Shown here piece after piece: positions 36,199-45,719 of a stretch of DNA of 64,000 bases. The stretch's first letter is position 1, and each line of letters opens with the position of its first letter. Below the pieces are notes generated by a model. The model saw nothing but the letters and a program-made list of their open reading frames with translations. It made no database searches and was not told the DNA's origin. Where the stretch lies: NCBI GenBank assembly GCA_000146465.1, contig CP001943.1; one strand, given 5' to 3'. The translations under genes and the position numbers were made by a program.

Positions 36199-38397
36199 TT
36201 AATATTCTTTCGCTGTTGTTAACAGTCTACAGATATCCTCAACAGGGTCTACAAATATCTTTCTCCTATACACTTCGTGGCAAAGCTCTTCAAAGAGCTC
36301 TCTTGTATCGTCGTCCACAACCATGTTCAGGACAGAAGTTCTGAGATAATCGATTGCCTTCTCTTCGTCGATCCCAAGAAGATAGAGGTATTTATGTTTC
36401 CTAACCAGAAACTTTGAGAGATGGCGTATCTCTTTGTTTGTCTTCTTTTCAAGCCTAAACACCCACATGTCATTTACGCGCCGGTCTACCTTTTCGGAGA
36501 TATTCCCTCCAAACAAGTAAAACCATCCATCCATCTCTACAAACTGGTGTGCGGACCTTGGCGCCGGTTTGATATCCACTCCGGCTTCTGTTCTTGACTT
36601 CACCACCACTTCAGTCCATTTCTTCTTAATCAGAGAAAAGGTATATACATCTATGTTTTCAAATCTTCCTTCCTTCTCTTTTCCATGGCAGAAAAGAACA
36701 ACAATCTCATTCAAGTACAGAAGGCCCCTCTGGACAACTCTTCCCTCTCCACTGATTGGGAATGGCACACTTTGGAAAACAGTGTCTGTGTCCAGTCTGT
36801 AAAAGACCATTTCTCTCATCGAGCTTTTGTTCTTCTGCCCTCCTATGACTACAAGGCTATTGTTGTAGATGCTACCCTCGATATAGTCAGGGGGAATAAA
36901 CACCATACTATGCTCCAGTCTTGACTTCAGAGAGGGAGTGCTTGAAGGTTGCATTGTATCCGACCTTATTACCATCCACCTGCTCCTAAACAAACTCGAC
37001 GACGATGTTGAAGGTTCATGGCGGGAGTTGGATTCATCTAGCATATTTTCCTGGGAGATCCCTGTTCCAAATGATGGAGAAATCTCAGCCATACCGGGAG
37101 ATCTCTTCTCTTTTCCGCCGAATTGGCCGCAAGTCCTGTACCTTCCATCTGTCTCTGAGATGGGCTTTCCAACTTCATTTGTTCTTCCACACTTTCCCAA
37201 GACCTCCATCCCATAGCCCAGGGATCTTTCGTCAAGTGAAAACATGTAAAGTCCAGAGTATGTGTCTTCCTTCTCTGTAGATCTTCCTCCGAACACATAT
37301 AATTTATCTCCCACAACAACCATCTGATGATCATATATGTTTCCCGGTCCTCCCTCTTCGTCCGAGTTAATCACCCTCCAGTTTCCATCGAAGACCCATA
37401 TGTCTGATTTCCCTGAAAAGACCTTGCGAGAGGATAAGCAGATATATTTCCCCATCAGATAAAGTTTCGACCCGTATGAAACCATTCGGTGGCAACTTCT
37501 TTTCCCTGGTGATACTGTATTCATCTTAATCTCACTCCATTCTCCGCCTCTGTATCTCCAGAAGTCCTCTAGTTCTTCCACTCCGTTCCATCCCCCGTAA
37601 AGATACAAACTCCCATCCATTTCAACCATTTGATGTCCTCCTCTTTCGCAAGGCCATACCTCGGCTCTTGGTATCTCTGTCCACACCAATGAATAGGGAG
37701 AACTATCTATGAATCCTTGGAAGACACACGGATCTAACCTATCCAGTACTTCTTCTGTATCCTCGTACTTATGGCTTTCCAGCAGGTGCCTTATGTGCTT
37801 TACAATTTCGTCTTCTATTTTATCGGAGCTTCTTTTCTCGAGAATCTCATAAACATCTCTAAATCCACAGTCTCTCAGGAATTTCAGGCAGTTTCTCATG
37901 GATTTCCCAAAAATAACCATTTCATTGTATCTTGCAAATTTCTCGACATCGGCTATTCCTCTCAGCTCGACAAACCATAAAGAGTAGCTGAAGTTGACTC
38001 CCCATGCAGCAAGAGGCTCAATCTTCACATACTGGGCAATGTAATATGTCTCATCCTTTACAAGGAGATTAAAGGTCTCCATTTCAGAATCGTTTTTTAG
38101 GCCTCCGCACAAGACCTCTTTGTACTCGACGCCATCTCCGGAAACGCTTATTCTCATCTTTTTAACATTCGATACATGCATCTTGTTGTACTTTCCAAAT
38201 GTAATGGTCACCACAAGGCTTGGAGGGATCTTTAAGATGATATATTGGAGATGATCGTTAGTTGATGTCGACCATCTTGAGTTTGGATCCATGGGGTCAT
38301 TCTTTTTGATATTGCTTGGCATGTATACAGAGGCATATGTTGAATAGCTGTGTATCTCATAGGGAATCACGGTGTAAGACCTTCTATCATTCAACAT
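36199..38397 (-). CDS. MKLN1: Muskelin homolog (discoidin-like domain, LisH/CTLH, Kelch repeats)
   Basis: N-terminus YTVIPYEIHSYSTYASVYMPSNI...SRWSTSTNDHLQYIILKIPPSLVVTITFGKYNKMHVSNVKKMRISV...WGVNFSYSLWFVELRGI aligns with the muskelin discoidin domain. Kelch repeats follow (GGHQMVEMDGSLYLYGGWNG...). Confidence 0.65.
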   Translation of the reverse strand: MLNDRRSYTVIPYEIHSYSTYASVYMPSNIKKNDPMDPNSRWSTSTNDHLQYIILKIPPSLVVTITFGKYNKMHVSNVKKMRISVSGDGVEYKEVLCGGLKNDSEMETFNLLVKDETYYIAQYVKIEPLAAWGVNFSYSLWFVELRGIADVEKFARYNEMVIFGKSMRNCLKFLRDCGFRDVYEILEKRSSDKIEDEIVKHIRHLLESHKYEDTEEVLDRLDPCVFQGFIDSSPYSLVWTEIPRAEVWPCERGGHQMVEMDGSLYLYGGWNGVEELEDFWRYRGGEWSEIKMNTVSPGKRSCHRMVSYGSKLYLMGKYICLSSRKVFSGKSDIWVFDGNWRVINSDEEGGPGNIYDHQMVVVGDKLYVFGGRSTEKEDTYSGLYMFSLDERSLGYGMEVLGKCGRTNEVGKPISETDGRYRTCGQFGGKEKRSPGMAEISPSFGTGISQENMLDESNSRHEPSTSSSSLFRSRWMVIRSDTMQPSSTPSLKSRLEHSMVFIPPDYIEGSIYNNSLVVIGGQKNKSSMREMVFYRLDTDTVFQSVPFPISGEGRVVQRGLLYLNEIVVLFCHGKEKEGRFENIDVYTFSLIKKKWTEVVVKSRTEAGVDIKPAPRSAHQFVEMDGWFYLFGGNISEKVDRRVNDMWVFRLEKKTNKEIRHLSKFLVRKHKYLYLLGIDEEKAIDYLRTSVLNMVVDDDTRELFEELCHEVYRRKIFVDPVEDICRLLTTAKEY

Positions 38398-38519
38398 TTC
38401 TCAGGGGCAACTTTGTCAACATTTTGATGTACCTTGATTTTGATTCATTCTCAGATAATAAAAGAATGATTAGGGTTCATCATAAGATTGCCTGAGACCA
38501 ATGAGATTGTTACAGTATG

Positions 38520-38527
38520 TATATAAA
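38520..38527 (+). promoter_or_regulatory. TATA-like box (TATATAAA) about 20 nt upstream of the DEAD-box helicase ATG
   Basis: TATATAAACCAGAGATTTTTTTATCCC-ATG. The ORF-track N-terminus MYINQRFFYP is just this promoter read in frame. Confidence 0.4.
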
Positions 38528-38546
38528 CCAGAGATTTTTTTATCCC

Positions 38547-40055
38547 ATGAAATTGGAATTACATATGGTAGATGAAGGGGGAAGAAATGAGTCTGTTGGA
38601 TTTGATAGAGGAAAAGCGTCGAAGAGGCTTCTGTGGGTAGGAAGTGATTCTGAAGTTCGGGGAAGGTCGAGTCTTCGGAAGGAGAAGGGAGGGATTGCCA
38701 GGGGCCCAGAGAAAAGTAATCAGCACTCTGGAAATGACAAGAACGAGACGGTATCTCAAGACTCCAAGGAAGAAGAGAAGGCGATTGCAACAGAGGATGG
38801 AGACAGCAAGGTTAGGACGAGTGAGAAAGTGAAAACATTAAATTCGTTCAAGGACCTCTCCTCTCCATCTCTGGTAAAGGTGCTTGGAAGAGAATACACT
38901 GCGCCCACAGTCATACAGAAGTACTGTATACCATCGATGGTTGATGGAAGAAATCTCCTCTGTAGAGCACCGACGGGAATGGGAAAGACGATGTGTTTCC
39001 TAATCCCGATCATAGAAAGATATCAACAAATGAACAAGCCACAGGCATGTATTATCTCGCCAACGAGAGAACTATGCGAACAAATTCGAACGGAGGCTTC
39101 CAAACTTGTGGTTGGGAGTAAGATTCGGGTGGTGTCTATCTACGGCAAGAAGCAGGATCTTCCTAGCTATGCTGGAGTCGACATTATAGTTGCAACACCT
39201 GGAAGGCTGATAGATCTATTGCACAAAGATAAGGTGGATCTTTCTGAAGTAAGGATGTTTGTCCTCGACGAGGCGGACAAGCTTCTGGACATGGGATTTG
39301 AGATGCCTATAAGGGAGATCCACAAATTTGTTCCTAAAAACACACAGACATGTCTCTTCAGTGCCACGTATTCACCAAAGCTTACGAGGATGATAAACTA
39401 CTTTCTCCCTGACGACAAAGTCTCGATAGAAATTCCCTCTGAGACTCTTAAGAACATCCGGCAGGACATTGTGGAGGTAAGGAATAAGAAGAAAATGCTT
39501 CTTAATATCTTAAGGAGCTCGGAGATCAATCTCAAGGGGTCATGGAGGATGGAAGTGCAACCCGATAAAGTGCTTGTTTTTGTTGAAAGAAAGAGCGAAT
39601 GCGGGGAGGTTGAGAAGACCCTAAAGAAAAATGGGATCCTCTGTGTTACTCTGCATGGAGATAAGGAGCAGTCAGATAGAAACGAGGCATTGAAAGGGTT
39701 CCGTAATGGAAGATTCCCTGTGATGGTTGCAACCTCGGTGGCAGCCCGGGGTATAGATATCAAGGATGTAAAACTGGTGATAAATTACGACATTCCGAAA
39801 GACATAAAGGAATACATCCATCGGATAGGACGTACCGGACGAGAAGGGAAGTCTGGGAGGTCGATATCGTTTTATGATGGGGGAATGAGTGCTGATTTCA
39901 AGAAAGCATTGATAGAGGTCTTGAAAGAGTCCAAGAACCCCATTCCTTCGTTTCTGAGCGATACTGCTGAAGACTTTGATGCCAGGCTTCAAAGATTGAA
40001 GGTAAGTGCTGATAAGGAGATGTCGGATGACGAAGAAGTCGGGCTGTGGGGATGA
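38547..40055 (+). CDS. DEAD-box ATP-dependent RNA helicase
   Basis: Q motif (TAPTVIQ), motif I APTGMGKT, motif II VLDEADKLL, SAT, HGD, and VATSVAARGIDI / HRIGRTGREG motifs. RG-rich N-terminus. Start placed at the in-frame ATG at 38547 (MKLELHM...). Confidence 0.7.
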   Translation: MKLELHMVDEGGRNESVGFDRGKASKRLLWVGSDSEVRGRSSLRKEKGGIARGPEKSNQHSGNDKNETVSQDSKEEEKAIATEDGDSKVRTSEKVKTLNSFKDLSSPSLVKVLGREYTAPTVIQKYCIPSMVDGRNLLCRAPTGMGKTMCFLIPIIERYQQMNKPQACIISPTRELCEQIRTEASKLVVGSKIRVVSIYGKKQDLPSYAGVDIIVATPGRLIDLLHKDKVDLSEVRMFVLDEADKLLDMGFEMPIREIHKFVPKNTQTCLFSATYSPKLTRMINYFLPDDKVSIEIPSETLKNIRQDIVEVRNKKKMLLNILRSSEINLKGSWRMEVQPDKVLVFVERKSECGEVEKTLKKNGILCVTLHGDKEQSDRNEALKGFRNGRFPVMVATSVAARGIDIKDVKLVINYDIPKDIKEYIHRIGRTGREGKSGRSISFYDGGMSADFKKALIEVLKESKNPIPSFLSDTAEDFDARLQRLKVSADKEMSDDEEVGLWG

Positions 40056-40133
40056 TGTTTCTTTTGGTTAATGGGATAATAAATACTGGTTGGCAATTTA
40101 TGTTAGGAAAACTGGCCTTGTGTTTTCCAATCT

Positions 40134-40988
40134 ATGTTGTGGACAGAAAAGTACAGGCCTAAGTCTGTGGACACATTTGAGGGTCCTGAGCATCTCAAGA
40201 GCATTTTAAGAAACTCCAGCGAGAGAGGACATCCGAACCTCCTTCTGTATGGACCACCTGGGACAGGAAAGACGACCTTTGCCCATCTCTTGGCAACCAG
40301 GAAGCTGGAGCTTAATGCATCTGACGAAAGAGGCATATCTGTGATAAGAGAAAAGATCAAAGTGTATGCATCTACACTGGAAAAGGACAAAACAGTAATA
40401 CTCGATGAGTGCGAAAATCTCACGTCGGATGCACAGCATTGCCTGAGGAGAGTTATTGAAGATTCTGTGAACACCCGCTTCATATTTATTACAAACTATC
40501 CATCGAAGATCATCGGGCCCTTGAGAAGTAGATTGGTAGGAGTGAAGTTTACACTTGCAGATAATAGGGTTCTTGAGGGCATAGGAGGCAACGAAGGACT
40601 AGGCTACGACAAGGAGCTATATCGCAGACTTTTTAAGCTCTGTGGAAACGACTTAAGAAAGGCAATCAATGTGCTTCAAGGCATTGCTCCCCTGAGCAGC
40701 TTCTGCATTGAAGAGGCCGTTGGAAGTATTCCTCAAAAGACGGTGGATGAGTTTTGGAAAGTAGGAAGGGCAGAAGTTATGGATTACTCGAAGATGTTCC
40801 TGAGAGACGGATACTCTGCACTTCAATTGGTTCGGCAGCTGGCTGGGTGCTGGAAAGGAAGCGATGCCCAGTCTGCAAAGTTTCATCTTCTGCTCTCGTC
40901 GCTTGAAGAGAAAGCGGTCTTGGGATGTTCGGATGAGTTAGTCTTATATAATCTCCTGGGAGGAAAGGTTGAGATTTTTAGCCAATAA
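40134..40988 (+). CDS. RFC: Replication factor C small subunit (RFC2-5 family)
   Basis: [15 protein letters not shown] (RFC box II), [13 protein letters not shown] (Walker A), ILDECENLT (DExx), SRL(V) arginine finger. Confidence 0.7.
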   Translation: MLWTEKYRPKSVDTFEGPEHLKSILRNSSERGHPNLLLYGPPGTGKTTFAHLLATRKLELNASDERGISVIREKIKVYASTLEKDKTVILDECENLTSDAQHCLRRVIEDSVNTRFIFITNYPSKIIGPLRSRLVGVKFTLADNRVLEGIGGNEGLGYDKELYRRLFKLCGNDLRKAINVLQGIAPLSSFCIEEAVGSIPQKTVDEFWKVGRAEVMDYSKMFLRDGYSALQLVRQLAGCWKGSDAQSAKFHLLLSSLEEKAVLGCSDELVLYNLLGGKVEIFSQ

Positions 40989-41028
40989 ATGGAGTTGTTG
41001 ATATTTAATGAACATAAGCTCAGTCCGG

Positions 41029-41451
41029 CTACCTTTTGTTCAACATTTTCATTAGTCTTGCATAATATCCCCATCTTGCTAGATATTCCCCACTTGGATT
41101 GCGCTTGCACTGATCAATCTTTTTCTCCAAGTCCTCTTTGATTCTGTTTCTATCTTCATTGTTCTTGGCATTCGAAATCGCTTGCTCGTAGTCCAGCACG
41201 TCGATCAAAAACTCCTTCCCGACATCGATATTTCCTGGATTGTTCAAGTATCTTGCCCTGGAGAGATCGTTTTTTAATGTGTCGTAAGCTTTGTTTATTT
41301 CCTCCATTGATATGTCTTCTCCTGAAGGACTTGCTTTGTCTGGATGGAATTTTCGACTCATCTTGTAGTATCTCTCCTTCAAGACATTCTGGTCGATGGC
41401 GAACGAAGGCTTGAGTCCAAAGATGTCGAAGTATCTTGATGGACTTCCCAT
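41029..41451 (-). CDS. JAC1: J-domain co-chaperone, Jac1/HscB-like (Fe-S cluster biogenesis)
   Basis: N-terminal J domain YFDIFGL...LKERYYKMSRKFHPDK (HPD motif) followed by a short helical C-domain, as in HscB/Jac1. Confidence 0.5.
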   Translation of the reverse strand: MGSPSRYFDIFGLKPSFAIDQNVLKERYYKMSRKFHPDKASPSGEDISMEEINKAYDTLKNDLSRARYLNNPGNIDVGKEFLIDVLDYEQAISNAKNNEDRNRIKEDLEKKIDQCKRNPSGEYLARWGYYARLMKMLNKR

Positions 41452-41481
41452 CTGTGTGGGTGATAGTAGAGTTGAAATGGG

Positions 41482-42783
41482 ATGTTCGAATATTCTTCTG
41501 GGATGGAGCTACCCTTGAAGATGGGGAAATCCAAGGGAGATGATAGAAAGAAGGAAGGTAGGAAGTCTTCTCGGCACAAACTTCCGGGGAAGGAAGGAAA
41601 GACAGGAAGTAAAAAGATTGTTCTGAGAAAAAAGCCATGTCCCATCCAAGGAATAGAGTTACAAGATGCCACAAAGATAGAGAAGGATCTTTTAATGCAT
41701 GGGACCATCAAGGACAAGATCGATGTTCTTACGTTGCTAGTTGAGAGGAATCCATCTCCAGAAAACTATAAGGCCCTTCTTGCATTTTGCGAAAATCAGA
41801 GAAACGATGTTCACTACTACGTCCTCAAGAACATTCAAGATCTTCTTATATCCAAGAGGGAAGTTGAAAATCCTTACATTAAGCAAAGAATCATAAAGTC
41901 GTTTGATGTCAATCTCCGGAACCAGTACATTAAGAAGAAGGTTGCAAGACTGGTGCACAAACTGCTTGAGGAAGGAGTTTTATTTGTGAATCTGGTTCAT
42001 CTGTTCATCAACAAGCTGGGAGACAAGAGAGACATGTCGGACTATGTGATTGATAAGCTAAATCTGTTGGTTCCTGGGAATGAGGAGATGATTCTCGACG
42101 GGATAGAAGACTTCTACTTCAAAAACGATCAATTTAGGTCGAGGCATGTTGTTCTAAAGTTCCTGGCAAACATAGACTGGGAGAACAAGGTAAAGGCTTT
42201 TGAAGTATTCGACACCATCCTCAGAGATTTCAACGAAAATATCCCCGAGGAACATCGGAACATTCTACTGGAGGACCTAATTGTCGGGCTGGGAAAAAAC
42301 ATGACAGACAAGAATGTCTGCAGGACAGACATAATAAGAAAATCAGTACATACCGAGAAGATGATATTCTATGGGGCAAAGGCATTGTCTAATTCCAAGG
42401 ACCCCGAAATACTCGTGTTCTTCAAAAATGCAATCAAGTCGCATAGAATGAGAGGTTCGAAACTTCTACCGGAGTTCCTTAATATGATCCATGAGACTGC
42501 ATCTATGCACAGAGATATCGAGTTCTATAGATTTCTCTTGGAAACATCTCTCTTATACACTCCGGAGTATATAATATCGATATTGATTATATGTTCTGAG
42601 GCTAGGAAGGAGGGACTAGGAGGATTCGACAACATTTATAGTCTCCGGGTGCTTGCCTTACACTATCATGACGTGGTGCGGAAGCTTAGTCTTCAGCTTA
42701 TTGGCAACGAGATGATTCTTCCATTTGATCCATTCGACAGGATGAGCCTTTTAAATGCCGAGATGATGTGTGGGGATCTGTGA
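41482..42783 (+). CDS. Hypothetical protein (433 aa) with basic N-terminus; possibly nucleolar
   Basis: KR-rich N-terminus (KGDDRKKEGRKSSRHK...), then a helical body. No confident family. Confidence 0.35.
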   Translation: MFEYSSGMELPLKMGKSKGDDRKKEGRKSSRHKLPGKEGKTGSKKIVLRKKPCPIQGIELQDATKIEKDLLMHGTIKDKIDVLTLLVERNPSPENYKALLAFCENQRNDVHYYVLKNIQDLLISKREVENPYIKQRIIKSFDVNLRNQYIKKKVARLVHKLLEEGVLFVNLVHLFINKLGDKRDMSDYVIDKLNLLVPGNEEMILDGIEDFYFKNDQFRSRHVVLKFLANIDWENKVKAFEVFDTILRDFNENIPEEHRNILLEDLIVGLGKNMTDKNVCRTDIIRKSVHTEKMIFYGAKALSNSKDPEILVFFKNAIKSHRMRGSKLLPEFLNMIHETASMHRDIEFYRFLLETSLLYTPEYIISILIICSEARKEGLGGFDNIYSLRVLALHYHDVVRKLSLQLIGNEMILPFDPFDRMSLLNAEMMCGDL

Positions 42784-43188
42784 TAGCACACATGGGGATG
42801 AAGAGTCCTGTTGACAGGCCTTGGATTGATGGAGCCAGGATTGGAATGTGTTTTGAATATCCTCTAGCCTTCTGATACCGATTGGTCCATGTCTTCACAA
42901 GTAGATCGAAGTCTAGGACACAGATGGGTGAAAATAAACAAAGGAAAGATACAGGTAGTCGTTTCCATATCCATCGTAGAGCTCTTGGGTGGATGCAAAA
43001 GATATACTACAGATACTCTGTGGAGACGGGAATCTGTGTTTTGGAATGGTGGGAGTCTGTTCTTGTCAACATTTACTTTTTATTGCTGCTGTCTTCGCTA
43101 ATCAAACAGATAGTAAGAATAGGAATTTATTTAGCCGATACATTGATGAAGTGGCATTTCCTGGGTAGACCTTAGCAAGAAATAAAGC

Positions 43189-45159
43189 TTATATTTTTCC
43201 TATCTCCTTAAGCATTTTAAACACAAACGGCTGTAATGCATAATTGGTATTCATCTTTTCGAGAACCCTGATGGCTTTGGTCCTTTCTCCCGATCCCAAG
43301 AGTATCCTAATGACGTTCTTCAGTTTGAACTCTATGAAGTCCCCCATCTTTCTTATTTTACAAGCAGCCCTTGTGATGTCCTTTACGACCCTCATCAACC
43401 TTCTCTTATCACCTCCAAAGTGTGATATAAGAAACTCGTTTTCCAAGTGTGCTAGTGTTTCATCGTGATCGAGTGTTAGGTCAGTGTCTTCTGTCCAAAT
43501 GCTGTTGTATACAGGTGTCCGGAGAAACCAAACTCCTGATTTCTTTCCAAGGAAGTATTCCTCACTTGGGAATGCAGCAACAAGAAAGTATTTTCTGTCT
43601 AATCTCAGAGATAGCAACCCATCGGTCCTTGGAATTACTCCTTTGAAAGTCACTTTGCACTTGTTTATCAGAAGTATTGTAAATGATCCGTCGGCTTGGA
43701 GATACATCAGCTTGCTACCAAGGACATCTATTGCCACGACGTCTCCAGCACAGACAAACGGCATCGCAAGGATCCCAGTATTGAGATGGTACAGCTGTAT
43801 CTTTCCTGTGTACAGACATAAATATTTCTTGTTTATGCAAAGCATGTCTATGCTTCCGTGTATCCTGTAAAACTCCTTAGGACCTCTTTTGACAGACACA
43901 TGTGTTCGGTCTTTTCCAACTTCGACTTTAAAATCTCCAAAGGATTTCGGCATTTGGCTTCTTGTTGCCATCTTGGCCAACTTCTTGCAGCTGTAGTTAA
44001 ATATCGCAAGATATGAATGGTTGGTTTCAACTTCCACCCCTTCTATTTTGTCCTTCTCCTCGGGAGTATCCGATGATATCAATACAGGTCTTACAACCTT
44101 CTTGGAGCTTTTGGCCAGACCATCCTTACTATTGCTTTCTGCAGGTTCTTTTTTTGCTCTCTCAAACATATCTTTGTTTTCCATGGAGAAGAAGACTTCA
44201 CCAGAAACATCCTCTTCTTCCTCATAAACTTTGCCAAACTCTCCCTCCTCCACATTTATCTGAACCACCTCTCCTCCATACGAACATACAAATAGTTTTG
44301 TGCCGCTCTCATTCCAACACATGTCAAGAACCGGTAGCTCTGTTAGATTCTTGACTAAGAGAAACGGCTTTGAATACAATGAACACCACAGAGAAAGACT
44401 CAAATCCTGAGATGATACAGCTGCAACATAGTATCTTCTATCTTCTTTGTAGAGCCTTGGATTAAAGGCTACAACTTCGCATGGGGCTGCATGGCCAATA
44501 AACGAACACTCGTTCTTCAAATCCTTACTGAAAACCTCAACAGTGTTGTAATTTCTGTTGAATGACAGTCCTGATGCAAAGAATTCTCCGTCGGGAGTCC
44601 AGCTTGTACGGGAAAAAAAAGACTCCAGAATCACTCCTTCCGAAGCATCTATTTTCCCCACCTCCTCAAACTCTTCATATAGAACAATTCCATCATCTCC
44701 TTGTGTACACATGTACCTGAAACTCCTATCTGCAGAAACCCCCTTTATCTGCCCCTCATGGGGCTTCATTTTCTTAACAACCTCAAATGACTTCAGGTCG
44801 TAAAACACAACATATCCATCATATCCAACACTCACAAGAAACCTATCTGTCCACAGCACATTGCTGACATCACTTTCATGCTCACATGCAGATGCAACAA
44901 CATCTCCATCTATTCTGTACACAAAGACCATTCCATCATCTCCTCCAGAAGCAAGCAGTTTCCCATCAACACTAAATCTAACACACAGAACAGTTCCTTG
45001 GTGCTTCTTAACCGTCCTGACATGCTCGTGCTTTTCGTTCCACAGCTTTATCTCCCCATCAAGAGATGCTGTAGCCATCAATGTTCCAGAAACATCTATG
45101 GAAAATATAGGCTTTGGCCTCTTCGTGCCATGGCCAATGTCTGTCCTCGAAATCTTCAT
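43189..45159 (-). CDS. WD40 histone-chaperone subunit, HIRA/Hir1-like (or CAF-1 p60-like)
   Basis: N-terminus MKISRTDIGHGTKRPKPIFSIDVSGTLMATASLDGEIKLWN...LASGGDDGMVFVY parallels HIRA (PIFSVDIHPDGTKFATGG...KIVIWN...LASGGDDKLIMVW). Confidence 0.5.
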   Translation of the reverse strand: MKISRTDIGHGTKRPKPIFSIDVSGTLMATASLDGEIKLWNEKHEHVRTVKKHQGTVLCVRFSVDGKLLASGGDDGMVFVYRIDGDVVASACEHESDVSNVLWTDRFLVSVGYDGYVVFYDLKSFEVVKKMKPHEGQIKGVSADRSFRYMCTQGDDGIVLYEEFEEVGKIDASEGVILESFFSRTSWTPDGEFFASGLSFNRNYNTVEVFSKDLKNECSFIGHAAPCEVVAFNPRLYKEDRRYYVAAVSSQDLSLSLWCSLYSKPFLLVKNLTELPVLDMCWNESGTKLFVCSYGGEVVQINVEEGEFGKVYEEEEDVSGEVFFSMENKDMFERAKKEPAESNSKDGLAKSSKKVVRPVLISSDTPEEKDKIEGVEVETNHSYLAIFNYSCKKLAKMATRSQMPKSFGDFKVEVGKDRTHVSVKRGPKEFYRIHGSIDMLCINKKYLCLYTGKIQLYHLNTGILAMPFVCAGDVVAIDVLGSKLMYLQADGSFTILLINKCKVTFKGVIPRTDGLLSLRLDRKYFLVAAFPSEEYFLGKKSGVWFLRTPVYNSIWTEDTDLTLDHDETLAHLENEFLISHFGGDKRRLMRVVKDITRAACKIRKMGDFIEFKLKNVIRILLGSGERTKAIRVLEKMNTNYALQPFVFKMLKEIGKI

Positions 45160-45242
45160 CTCGATATAGGGAGACCTAACTCATCTTTAGTTAAAAACCC
45201 ATCACAAAGAAACCAAAAAGTTTAATACCAAATTAGAAACAT

Positions 45243-45641
45243 TCAGTCTCTTGAACCTCCCTTCTTGCTAGACACAGAAAAGTCCCCTGGGGAAATATAT
45301 GATTTCATTCCTCCATTCTTTATCAGCCAGTCATGTCCGACAAAGTGAAGCTCCGTATCATTGCAAATTGCATGGTTTATGTGCTTGGGGATGACCTTCT
45401 TCTTACCATCGGTGTTTGCCACATTCTTTGCCCCATCCGTGATCTCACTTATCAAGTACATCACACATGCCGAAACACCAATAAGGGCATCCTTTGATAT
45501 CCTCATTCTGGTTCTGTCCTTCATGATCTTCTTGATCTGGCTTAACTTTACAATGCTTTTCTGATGTTCTTCATCTTTCCCCATAACTCGTGGATCTGCC
45601 TTTCCTCCTTTTCCTTGTACCATTGCCATTCCTTGGGGCAC
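45243..45641 (-). CDS. Histone-fold protein, H2A-like (divergent H2A or NC2-alpha/NF-YC family)
   Basis: Gly/Lys-rich N-terminal tail (GKGGKADPR). LSQIKKIMKDRTRMRISKDALIGVSACVMYLISEIT resembles the NC2-alpha/NF-YC motif. The C-terminal KKVIPKHINHAICNDTELH resembles H2A (KTRIIPRHLQLAIRNDEEL). Confidence 0.45.
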   Translation of the reverse strand: MPQGMAMVQGKGGKADPRVMGKDEEHQKSIVKLSQIKKIMKDRTRMRISKDALIGVSACVMYLISEITDGAKNVANTDGKKKVIPKHINHAICNDTELHFVGHDWLIKNGGMKSYISPGDFSVSSKKGGSRD

Positions 45642-45719
45642 TCTCTTTGTTTATATATTTTCCTTTTGGAGGGAAATAGATCTTTTGGAGGGAAGTTGTC
45701 ATCAACCTTTTTTACCCAA

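Noticed and set aside
38517-38546. The N-terminal MYINQRFFYP of the DEAD-box helicase ORF. The same kind of ORF-track extension occurs at ubiquitin 47584..47658, RPS8 61039..61066, the Polo-like kinase 22231..22344, CDC45-like 53298..53534, RPL9 50752..50817 and the secreted protein 50769..50864.
   Set aside because: These are in-frame read-throughs of promoters, TATA boxes, introns or neighbouring genes, made possible by GTG/TTG alternative starts. The conserved N-termini begin at internal ATGs.
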